From IMG/VR virus record IMGVR_UViG_3300044624_001347: DNA of 20,000 nucleotides; one strand, given 5' to 3'. This DNA comes from an uncultured virus (IMG/VR IMGVR_UViG_3300044624_001347) (Duplodnaviria > Heunggongvirae > Uroviricota > Caudoviricetes). Both the position numbers and the translations under genes were made by a program. A model generated the notes under the pieces. That model saw nothing but the letters and a program-made list of their open reading frames with translations. It did no database searches and had not been told where the DNA came from. Positions 1-7,432 of this stretch are shown here, in pieces; within the stretch, counting starts at the first letter, position 1; every line of letters begins with the position of its first letter.

Positions 1-1
1 T

Positions 2-2350
2 ATGGAGATCGCGCTCAACAACAGCGGTCGCGTTCAGATGTACCTGAACCACGGCCCACTGGCCTACGATCCGAAGACTGGCGACGTGACTGTGCGCGAT
101 GACGTGCCGGGCCTCATCGACGCCATCAAGGGTAAGCTCAACGTTGCAGACAAGAGGGAGGCGCAAGCCTATCTCGTCGCTCTTCGTGAGCGTGATCTTC
201 GTAAGGCAGGGAAGAAGGGCTTCTTCAACCTGACGGACAAGGAGATGAACTCCATCATCTCCAAGGCTGAGGCGGCGCATCCTGAGTGGAAGCAGATGGC
301 TGCTGACATTCAGCGCATCAACAAGGCGCTGCTCGACTTTGCCGTAGCCACTGGAACTCTTGATCGTGCCAAGGCTGATCAGCTTGGCAGCATGTTCTAC
401 ACGCCGTTCTACCGGCAGGCCGACGAAGATGTGAAGGACGATTCAGACGCGGTGGTTGGGCCTCGTCTGTCTCAGAGCCTCACTCGCGTTAAGAGCGCCT
501 TCGATGTCAGCGTGAAGGGCGGTGAGAATCCGCTTGGCGATCTGTTCGAGAACATGATCCGCAATGCCGACGTGATCATGAAGGCTGGCATGAAGAACGT
601 CGCCATGAGCAAGGCGGCTGAGGCATTGCAGGATGTTGGCCTTGGTCGCCCCGTGAAGACGCGCGAGACGGGCAAGACGATCACCTACCGTGTTAATGGG
701 CAGGATAAGCACTTCGAGGTTGATGACCCTGCCTTCTACATCGCTCTTGCTGGTGCGCCGCGTGAGTTCACGAACGGCATCTATCAGACGATGGCGACGA
801 TGGCGGGCTTCTTCCGCGACATGGTGACGCTGGCGCCGAGCTTCATGCTGGCGAACCTGTGGCGTGGTAAAATCATGGCGTATGTGCAGGAGGGAACTCC
901 CCTCTATGCAAATACGTTCGATGGTCTGAAGCAGGCCCTTCAGTCTAGCGCATCCTACAAGGCTATCGCCGCACAGACTGGCTTCGGCGGCTACACCTAC
1001 GGCATGGGCGAGCGTGATGCTGCTGCCGCCTTCGAGCGTGAGATTGCCGGGCTTGGCTACGGCCCTGGCGGTCTGATGCGTCGTACCTTCGATGCGCTTC
1101 AGAAGGCGAGTGAGGCCACGGAAATGGCCGAGCGCATCAAGATTTATGAGCGCATGAAAGCCCAGGGGATGAGCGACAAGGACGCTGCATTCCAGGCTTA
1201 TCTCCTTGCCCCGTTCTCTCGCAGGGGCATGGGCGGCGGCTGGATCGGCTCTACCGTCAACTGGCTCGTGCCTCTTGTGCCGTTCTTGAACGCCAAGATT
1301 CAGGGCATGTATCGCCTCATCGAAAACGAGAAGGGCGACACGCAGAAGATTTGGACGCTTGGTCTTCCCAAGCAGATGCTGCTGCGTGGCCTTGTGGTCA
1401 TGGGCCTGTCGCTGGCACTTTTTGCCAAGAACATAGGGGATGAGCCCGAGCGTTGGGACAACGAGAACCCTGATCTCAAGTTCCGATACGACATCATCTA
1501 TCTGCCAAACGACAACAGGATTCTCCTGCCCCGAGCGTTCGAGGTGGGCTCCGTCTTTGGTGCGCTGCCCGTCTTTATCCTCGACGCCATCCGTCGCAAT
1601 GACAGCAGGGACTTGAGCAAGGCGCTGGCCGATCTCGGCACCTCGACCTTCTTCTTCAATCCGATCCCCCAAGCTGCTGTGCCTATGCTGGGTGCCTTCA
1701 CGAACTACGACTTCTTCCGTAGTCGCTCGCTTGAGACGGCTGGTGATGCGAGCAAGCTCCCGCAAGAGCGCGTCAACCGCAGCACGAGCGCCGTTGCCAA
1801 GGCTATTGGTGAGACGTTCGGCGTCAGCCCGATCCGGGTTCAGTATGTGCTGGAGGGATACTCGGGCACGATTGGCTCGTCTGTTTTGGCTGGCTTCGAC
1901 AGCATCCTTGCTTCCTTCGGGATGATCCCCGGCAAGCCTGCTGGCGCCTTTGGTGATCCGATGAGCATGCCCGCCATCGCGGCTGGTCTGACTGGCGTGA
2001 GCCGCTTCTATCGGAGCGACGACCAGAGCGCGACCCGCTTCATTGGCGACTTCTACAAGATCAAGGAGATGACCGATCAGCTTGTGCGGTCTCAGAACAT
2101 GGCTATGGAGACACGCGATCTTGATCGGTTGGCAGAACTCCGTGGTGATGCGGGCCTGCCTCTGCGTCTGAGGCCGATGGTCAATCAAGCCTCGACGCAG
2201 ATCACTGAAATCAACAAGCGCATTGCCAGGATTGAACGCAGCGACCTAACCTCTGTGGAGAAGACTGAAGCCCTTCGTCCTCTGAGGGAGCAGCGTGATC
2301 GTGTGGCAAGGCGCGTTGTTGAGAGGGCAAGGGATATCGGAGCCTACTAG
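2..2350 (+). CDS. Large phage virion/ejection-type protein, C-terminal part with LPD38-like domain (probably 5'-truncated by the window)
   Basis: 782-aa ORF open from the window edge with strong coding bias. The motifs 'LVPFLNAKIQG', 'ILLPRAFEVGSVFG' and 'NYDFFRSRSL' resemble LPD38-containing large polyvalent proteins. Confidence 0.7.
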   Translation: MEIALNNSGRVQMYLNHGPLAYDPKTGDVTVRDDVPGLIDAIKGKLNVADKREAQAYLVALRERDLRKAGKKGFFNLTDKEMNSIISKAEAAHPEWKQMAADIQRINKALLDFAVATGTLDRAKADQLGSMFYTPFYRQADEDVKDDSDAVVGPRLSQSLTRVKSAFDVSVKGGENPLGDLFENMIRNADVIMKAGMKNVAMSKAAEALQDVGLGRPVKTRETGKTITYRVNGQDKHFEVDDPAFYIALAGAPREFTNGIYQTMATMAGFFRDMVTLAPSFMLANLWRGKIMAYVQEGTPLYANTFDGLKQALQSSASYKAIAAQTGFGGYTYGMGERDAAAAFEREIAGLGYGPGGLMRRTFDALQKASEATEMAERIKIYERMKAQGMSDKDAAFQAYLLAPFSRRGMGGGWIGSTVNWLVPLVPFLNAKIQGMYRLIENEKGDTQKIWTLGLPKQMLLRGLVVMGLSLALFAKNIGDEPERWDNENPDLKFRYDIIYLPNDNRILLPRAFEVGSVFGALPVFILDAIRRNDSRDLSKALADLGTSTFFFNPIPQAAVPMLGAFTNYDFFRSRSLETAGDASKLPQERVNRSTSAVAKAIGETFGVSPIRVQYVLEGYSGTIGSSVLAGFDSILASFGMIPGKPAGAFGDPMSMPAIAAGLTGVSRFYRSDDQSATRFIGDFYKIKEMTDQLVRSQNMAMETRDLDRLAELRGDAGLPLRLRPMVNQASTQITEINKRIARIERSDLTSVEKTEALRPLREQRDRVARRVVERARDIGAY

Positions 2351-2367
2351 GAAGTAGGCTCCTTGTT
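2339..2367. terminator. Hairpin spanning the overlapping stop codons of two convergent genes; possible bidirectional terminator
   Basis: GGAGCCTACT-AGGA-AGTAGGCTCC forms a perfect 10-bp stem (2339-2362), followed by TTGTT on the + strand. The two TAG stops overlap in CTAG at 2347-2350. Confidence 0.5.
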
Positions 2368-2652
2368 GGCGATCTCCTCCATAATGGAGGCATAGCCAGC
2401 GATATCAACGTGGCTGTCTTGGTGGCCCGGCGAGTGCATCAGCCGGGCTACCTTCACCAGCAGCATCATCATGGCCGCGTCGTAGGCGTTGATCTCGGGA
2501 CTGTCGTAGTTGGGGTTCTTGCGGCTCTCCACCATCCAGTAGGTCCAGAGGGCAGCAATTCTCTTGTGGTTCTCCGTCTTGTCGCCGTAGTCCTCGGCGC
2601 GCTGACCGCCAACGAGTTCGGCTGCGTGAAGCAGCATATCAGAAGCTTTCAT
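2347..2652 (-). CDS. DUF6378-like phage protein
   Basis: Start reassigned to MKASDMLL. The pattern 'GQRAEDYGD..NHKRIAALW...MMLLVKVAR...HQDSHVDIAGYA' is typical of this family. Confidence 0.75.
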   Translation of the reverse strand: MKASDMLLHAAELVGGQRAEDYGDKTENHKRIAALWTYWMVESRKNPNYDSPEINAYDAAMMMLLVKVARLMHSPGHQDSHVDIAGYASIMEEIANKEPTS

Positions 2653-3070
2653 TCTCAAACCTCTCCTTGAGTTCCTTGAAGCGTTCACGGGCCTGTCTGT
2701 TATCTTTGAGTTCTGCCCTACTCTCCACCTCACAGAATGCTTTGAGCCCTTCGGTGCATTCCTGCTCTGAGGTGCCGAAGGCATAGCCGTTGTCCATCAT
2801 CCACTTCTGGAACTTGATGTTGCGGCAGAGCATGCCTGCGGACTGAACGGCGCGCTCGCCGTCTTCCATGTCCTTGCCTTTGACGGGCCGGTCATGGTCA
2901 TCGACGGGCAGCATTCCGACCATGTATCGCGTGCCGGGCCGGGCGGCGAGAAGATCGACCGGCACTTCATCCGGGTGGATGGTCAGGGTCATGTATGTCC
3001 CTTTTCCATCCTGCCGCATGGATGTCTTGATCGCCTCGAACTTCAGCCAAGGCTGTTTGGGTTCTGCCAT
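2639..3070 (-). CDS. Conserved phage hypothetical protein
   Basis: 143-aa ORF with an AAAGG RBS that overlaps the next gene. Contains 'AGMLCRNIKFQKWM...CEVESRAEL'. Confidence 0.75.
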   Translation of the reverse strand: MAEPKQPWLKFEAIKTSMRQDGKGTYMTLTIHPDEVPVDLLAARPGTRYMVGMLPVDDHDRPVKGKDMEDGERAVQSAGMLCRNIKFQKWMMDNGYAFGTSEQECTEGLKAFCEVESRAELKDNRQARERFKELKERFENESF

Positions 3071-3094
3071 TCTAGACCTTTCGTTCGCTTTTCA

Positions 3095-4114
3095 TGGCGC
3101 TCTCGGACGTGATGCCTCTCTCAACTCCGATGGTACTCTCAAGGCACTTGGATCACTTCCTCAAATTGGAGCTCTCTGCATCAGTGGTTCACTTGTCGAT
3201 TATGGAACTCTCGTCTGCGATGGTTCACTCGTGATCGCTGGAACTCTCGGCCTCAATGGCTCACTCATTGTCTATGGAACTCTCCACTGTGATGGTTCAC
3301 TCTCAGGGTGCGGAACTCTCTACCCGGATGGTTCACTCAGGGGCCTAGGCGCTCTCGCTAGACTTGGTTCACTCCTTCGTAATGGAACTCTCCGAACCAG
3401 TGGTTCACTCACTTACGATGGAACTCTTGACGACGATGGTTCACTCCGGCGGGATGGTACTCTTACGCCTAATGGATCACTCCAGTCTTCTGGAACTCTA
3501 CCTTGGTAGTGGTTCGATCTTAGACCGTGGAACTCTCTGGTCTCATGTCTCACTCAGGAACGTTGGCGCTCTCTGTCAGTGCGGTTCACTCTCGAACGAT
3601 GGAACTCTCCCTATGGTTGGTTCACTCCCTCCTTTTGGCGCTCTCTGGTCAATTGATTCACTCCCGAAAACTGGAACTCTCGTAAGTCATGGTTCGATCC
3701 GTGCTATGGCGCTGTCGCATTCCAAGTCTCGTTCGGGCCATATGGAACTCTCCTACGGTTTGACTCGCTCGATTACCATGAAGCTATCTTAGGCACTGGC
3801 TCACTCTGCTACGGTGGCACACTTATGTAGCGTGGTTCACTCCGACGACGCGGCACTCTCGCTTTCAATGGTTCACTCTCCACACTAGGCACTCTCATGC
3901 TCAGTGGTTCACTCGCAGTGGTTGAGACTCTTTCGTACCTTGGTTCACTTTTCGTCTGTGGAACTCTCAGCCATGATGGTTCACTCACGCGAGATGGCGC
4001 TCTCTCATATGTTGGTTCGTTCGTCGCTTGTGGAACTCTCGCGCCGCCTAGACTCACTCACTCGTCCTGGGACTTTCTTTTTCGTCTGGTTCGCTTTCCG
4101 TTTCTGGTACTCTC
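3095..4114 (-). ncRNA. TIGR-like tandem interspaced guide RNA array (28 x 36-nt dual-repeat/dual-spacer units)
   Basis: On the + strand, TGGAACTCTC-type repeats (29 copies: 3095, 3131, 3167 ... 4105) alternate with TGGTTCACTC-type repeats (28 copies: 3113, 3149, 3185 ... 4087) at an 18-nt pitch. The 56 spacers are all different (8 nt, except four of 7 or 9 nt). In the sense of the adjacent gene the unit reads GAGAGUUCCA-N8-GAGUGAACCA-N8. Strand is inferred from the operon direction. Confidence 0.9.
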
Positions 4115-4126
4115 CTGAAAGTTGAC

Positions 4127-4948
4127 TTAGCTCATCGGCCAGTTAGGCGGCGCGATGTAGTGGGCATGGCCCATGTGGGTCAGCACATACGGCTTGGGCG
4201 GCTTCTCGCCCGTCTGCACTTCCCACCAGACATGGTGAAGGTGCGAGAGGAACAGCTTCACCGCGTACCGCTTGGCTCGCGCATGAATGTGGGCAGGGGG
4301 CAGCATCTGCTGCTCGTAGAACTTCTTGGCCTGGGTATCAGCGCCAAACCGCTTCTTGCCCAGGATGGCGATGGCCTGCTCCGAGAACTCAAGCTTCTCG
4401 TTGCGAGCGGCCTCGATCTCCTTCCGCTCCTTGTAGACCTTGCCGTAGATGTCCTTCTCGTTTCCAGACACCTTCACGAAGCTCTCGCCAATCTTCCAGC
4501 ACAGCGTCTTGAGGCGAGCGTTCCAAGGACGCTTCTGCCCCTTCTCCCAGGTCTGGGTCGGATCAAGACCGGCATAGCGCCAGATGTGGCCCACGGTCGG
4601 AGCCTTGGTGATGTCGATGTGAGCCAGCAGACCAGCCGAGATGACGGGGCCAATGCCGACGATGGAGCGCGCCCAGGAGCCAACCTGATTGGAGCCGCTA
4701 TACGCATCCAGCGCACGGGCCACTTGCTTCTCAAGAACCTCACGCTGATCCATCAGCCACGTCATCACATCGGCGGGCTCCCCGGATTCAGTCAGACTGC
4801 GATGCTGGTGGGCGGCGCGAATGCGGTCCTCCTGCATGGCGTAATAGGCGTCCACAAGGAAGCGCGCCTCGTCGCTCGACAGTGTGCGGGCGGCGCTCTT
4901 CAGGTCTTTGGTCAGCCGGATGACCGGCATCAGGTCTATGTCACTCAT
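4127..4948 (-). CDS. tasA: TasA-like Nop-domain (IS110-related) RNA-binding protein, nuclease-less
   Basis: Start reassigned to MSDIDL (RBS GGAGAG; 273 aa). An N-terminal coiled coil 'LVDAYYAMQEDRIRAAHQ' is followed by 'SIVGIGPVISAGLLAHID...IWRYAGLDP', 'WNARLKTLCWKIGESFVK', 'YGKVYKERK' and 'HIHARAKRYAVKLFLSHL'. No N-terminal DEDD/RuvC or HNH domain is visible, nor the IS110 'SG' catalytic serine loop. The gene abuts the 36-nt array. Confidence 0.85.
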   Translation of the reverse strand: MSDIDLMPVIRLTKDLKSAARTLSSDEARFLVDAYYAMQEDRIRAAHQHRSLTESGEPADVMTWLMDQREVLEKQVARALDAYSGSNQVGSWARSIVGIGPVISAGLLAHIDITKAPTVGHIWRYAGLDPTQTWEKGQKRPWNARLKTLCWKIGESFVKVSGNEKDIYGKVYKERKEIEAARNEKLEFSEQAIAILGKKRFGADTQAKKFYEQQMLPPAHIHARAKRYAVKLFLSHLHHVWWEVQTGEKPPKPYVLTHMGHAHYIAPPNWPMS

Positions 4949-4973
4949 TTGTTCTCTCCGTGGTTCTTGGTAT

Positions 4974-4989
4974 GGGGGCTTTCGCCCCC
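4974..4989 (-). other. GNRA-tetraloop hairpin in the leader of tasA
   Basis: Minus strand GGGGGC-GAAA-GCCCCC, with no U-tract, 25 nt upstream of the ATG. Confidence 0.55.
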
Positions 4990-4994
4990 ACCCA

Positions 4995-5225
4995 TTAGCC
5001 CACCCGCCAGACGCGGATGTGCGTGTCGCTCTCCTGGGCCGCACGGAACGAGCCGTCGATCCCACAGTTGCGGATGAAGTTACGCATAGACGGCAGCTTG
5101 TACTCAACGCGGAAGCTGTCACCCACATTCATGGCATTCATGGTGGCGATCATGGCTTCACGCTTCTTCGACTTGCGGCCCATGTAGTTACGCGGAACAG
5201 GGACGCCTTTCTCAATCTCGAACAT
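4995..5225 (-). CDS. Small conserved phage protein (possible DNA-binding)
   Basis: 'MFEIEKGVPVP...MNVGDSF...IRVWRV' pattern common in phage early regions; RBS GGAGA. Confidence 0.7.
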   Translation of the reverse strand: MFEIEKGVPVPRNYMGRKSKKREAMIATMNAMNVGDSFRVEYKLPSMRNFIRNCGIDGSFRAAQESDTHIRVWRVG

Positions 5226-5385
5226 CAACAATCTCCGTAATTACTGCATAGACCTTGGCGTCGCCGCGTTCGGTCCAAACCGCTCCATGCAGACCAACTT
5301 CGTCCCCGACCTTCCAATTCTGCCCATCAGCACGGGGCAGAACGTCAACTTCACGCATGATCTGTCCCGCATAGTGCGGGTTCAT
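5212..5385 (-). CDS. Hypothetical protein
   Basis: 57 aa from MNPHYAG; ATGA overlap with the upstream gene. Confidence 0.55.
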   Translation of the reverse strand: MNPHYAGQIMREVDVLPRADGQNWKVGDEVGLHGAVWTERGDAKVYAVITEIVDVRD

Positions 5386-5639
5386 TGCTTTGACCCGTGT
5401 CGCTTGCACCACTCCACCGGGTCCACACCCTTCAGGTCCCACCATGTCTTCTCATCCCCATAAGCATGCAGTTCTGTGTGATGGTCGGCGCACAAAGGAA
5501 CGGCCCAATCATCACCACTCTTTCTGCCCATAGCCGAAGGCTCGGCAAACATTAGGTGGTGTGCCTGTGCCCATCTTTCGCAAATCAGACAGCCTTGCGT
5601 CCTGACCCACGTCAGATGCTTTGTGTTCTTAACCCTCAT
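5382..5639 (-). CDS. DUF968-like / HNH-type zinc-binding putative nuclease
   Basis: 'HLTWVRTQGCLIC...AHHL...GRKSGDDWAVPLCADHHTELH' gives a CxxC ... H ... CxxHH arrangement. Confidence 0.75.
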   Translation of the reverse strand: MRVKNTKHLTWVRTQGCLICERWAQAHHLMFAEPSAMGRKSGDDWAVPLCADHHTELHAYGDEKTWWDLKGVDPVEWCKRHGSKQ

Positions 5640-6093
5640 TCAGCGTCTCGATAGGCTTGAGTGCATCCCTGGGGACGAAGTAGGCGGGCGGTCTGTTGTT
5701 CTTCGGATCAGTCAGCCACTTCTTTTCCTGGCCATCGTATCCCCACATCCAGCCAACGATCTCCAGTTCAGGCGCATCACCAGTCACAAGGACGTATCTG
5801 TGAAAGGGCGGGTCATCATCGGTCATGATGAGCCTGCCGTTCTTGTGTCTGGTGGTGCGAACCTGAACGTCGGGTTCGATGTCGGGGCCTTTGAATGTGT
5901 TGAGGATGAACCCCGGATAGACGTTCAGGATTCTCGCAACAGCAAGCTCTCCAAAGGCCCCGAGAGTATGGAAGTCCAGGGAATACTCAGCCGCCAGCCC
6001 GCGAGTCGTCCTGCGGTTCTGGCCGTTCTCGTGCCTCTTCAGGCCGATTGTTTGGCCTATCGCAATCTCTAACTCGTCCAGGCGGATGAGCAT
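5629..6093 (-). CDS. Hypothetical phage protein, possible PD-(D/E)XK-like fold
   Basis: 'GAFGELAVA...GPDIEPDVQVRTT' resembles a restriction-endonuclease-like motif; RBS GAGGT. Confidence 0.55.
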   Translation of the reverse strand: MLIRLDELEIAIGQTIGLKRHENGQNRRTTRGLAAEYSLDFHTLGAFGELAVARILNVYPGFILNTFKGPDIEPDVQVRTTRHKNGRLIMTDDDPPFHRYVLVTGDAPELEIVGWMWGYDGQEKKWLTDPKNNRPPAYFVPRDALKPIETLNEG

Positions 6094-6101
6094 GACCTAC
6101 C

Positions 6102-6377
6102 TCAGAAGGGGATGTCGTCGTCAAAGACGTTCTTCTGGGCGGGCTTGGCGGGCTGCTTGTTCTCGGAAAGCTGGACCGAATAGAACTTGCCGCTCTTGCC
6201 TTCCTTGACCCAGGCAGCCATCCGCAGCTTCAGCGGCTCGTTCTTCTTGGCCAGTTCGACCAGAACCTTCAGCGTCTCCATGTTGATCTCAACGTCGCCG
6301 CTGAGGTCAGGAGCCTTCTCGTTGGTCTTATTGCGGTTGATGAAGAGCGCGCCGCCGTAATACTTCTTAGTTTCCAT
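6102..6377 (-). CDS. Single-stranded DNA-binding protein-like (DUF736-type)
   Basis: 'KAPDLSG...AAWVKEGKSGKFYSVQLS' and an acidic SSB-type tail 'FDDDIPF'; adjacent to the ERF gene. Confidence 0.7.
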   Translation of the reverse strand: METKKYYGGALFINRNKTNEKAPDLSGDVEINMETLKVLVELAKKNEPLKLRMAAWVKEGKSGKFYSVQLSENKQPAKPAQKNVFDDDIPF

Positions 6378-7038
6378 CGTTGGATTCCTTCTGGAGTTCT
6401 TCCTTCCGCTTGGTGAAAGCGGCGGTGACGCGCTTCAGCGCATCGGGGTTGTGTTCCTTGAGGAGGTTGCGTGCCTTGTAGTTCTCGGACCAGAAGAGCT
6501 TCAGGTCTTCGAGGCTGGCACAGATCGGGACAAACTCCAGAAAGACCTTCTCGGCCTGCTCCGTGTTGACCTCGGGGGCAGCATCCTTCTTGGGGCTGTC
6601 CGTGCCGATCCCGATGATATCAGCCGGGTTGGTCTCGTCAGCATCGCTGTCCTTCTCGCCAGTGGCGACGGAGAACAACTGACGCATGAACACCTTGTCC
6701 AAGTAGGACATGGCAGAGCCAACGGTCTGAGCGCCCTGGATCGGATGGATGATCGTGAGGGTGCTGAACTTCGGAATGTAGTCGCCCTTCTCGTGCATCA
6801 GCGCCACGTCGTAGGTGGCCTTGATGACGCCAGTCTTCCCCACGTCAGCCATCACCTCGAAGGCAGTCTCAGAGGCGATCCAAGACAGGCCGTTCTTGGC
6901 TGCGGTCGTGGCAACCTTCTCATAGTAGGTGTCGATGGACACGTACTTGTACCGCCCGTGCGGGTTCATGGCAGACTTGCCCAGGCTGCCGACCTGTTCG
7001 CGTGTGGCGATGATCGCCTTGATCGTCTCAGGTTTCAT
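6367..7038 (-). CDS. erf: ERF-family single-strand annealing protein
   Basis: Start MKPETIK (RBS AAGGAG). ERF motifs 'KSAMNPHGRYKYVSID' and 'AQTVGSAMSY...F...GEKDSDAD'. Confidence 0.8.
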   Translation of the reverse strand: MKPETIKAIIATREQVGSLGKSAMNPHGRYKYVSIDTYYEKVATTAAKNGLSWIASETAFEVMADVGKTGVIKATYDVALMHEKGDYIPKFSTLTIIHPIQGAQTVGSAMSYLDKVFMRQLFSVATGEKDSDADETNPADIIGIGTDSPKKDAAPEVNTEQAEKVFLEFVPICASLEDLKLFWSENYKARNLLKEHNPDALKRVTAAFTKRKEELQKESNDGN

Positions 7039-7066
7039 TCGTCTCTCCTTCAGTGCGCCTAACCTA

Positions 7067-7432
7067 TCAGCTTTCGATGAGTGCCGCAAGCCTAGGAGGC
7101 GTCCATCCTTCAGGCTTCAAGATTTTTCCATCGGCGCGCTTTTTCACAAAGCCGGTCTCAGGATCAACCTTTGCCATATTAGACCGGATCACTTCTCTCC
7201 ATCCAGCCTCAAGCGGAAGACCGGCAGAGTGTCCTGCCCCAATGCACACGACGATGATGTCGAGAAGTGCGTCAAAAATCTCTGCCTTGTTTCTCTCTGC
7301 GACAGCCTCGAAGAGTTCCGTCATCTCTTCCATGATGAGACCGACATAGAGCGCGGTCTGCTCTTCGTTCATCCTGCCGACCGTCTGGCCGCAGGCCAGC
7401 ATGAACTTGGCCTGTTCTTCAAACACGTTCAT
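7067..7432 (-). CDS. MazG-like all-alpha NTP pyrophosphohydrolase
   Basis: 'LIMEEMTELFEA...EIFDALLDIIVV...VIRSNMAKVD...RADGKILKPEGW'; TAATG coupling to the upstream gene. Confidence 0.85.
   Translation of the reverse strand: MNVFEEQAKFMLACGQTVGRMNEEQTALYVGLIMEEMTELFEAVAERNKAEIFDALLDIIVVCIGAGHSAGLPLEAGWREVIRSNMAKVDPETGFVKKRADGKILKPEGWTPPRLAALIES

Noticed and set aside
443..2188. 581-aa minus-strand ORF and other long antisense ORFs (4160-5077, 6451-7062, 10334-11047, 11646-12443, 13630-14205)
   Set aside because: These are shadow ORFs of GC-rich genes on the opposite strand, with no recognisable motifs.
3095..4114. CRISPR array
   Set aside because: Repeats of 10 nt and spacers of 8 nt are far too short, two repeat types alternate, and there is no cas operon.
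2868..4125. + strand ORFs with hexapeptide G(T/S)Lxxx repeats (2868-3509, 3364-3792, 3897-4118, etc.) read as a beta-helix protein
   Set aside because: These are an artefact of the 18-nt period. Conservation is at the DNA level (largely fixed synonymous bases, two alternating repeats). Four 1-nt indels and an in-register TAG break the frame, there is no RBS, and the ORFs are antisense to the operon. Stops are somewhat scarce in that frame, so this is not absolutely excluded.
4127..5128. IS110 transposase / insertion sequence, and the 333-aa ORF start
   Set aside because: The protein lacks the N-terminal DEDD RuvC-like domain and the catalytic serine loop. The extra 60 codons overlap the upstream gene and hairpin, and the real start with an RBS is at 4948.
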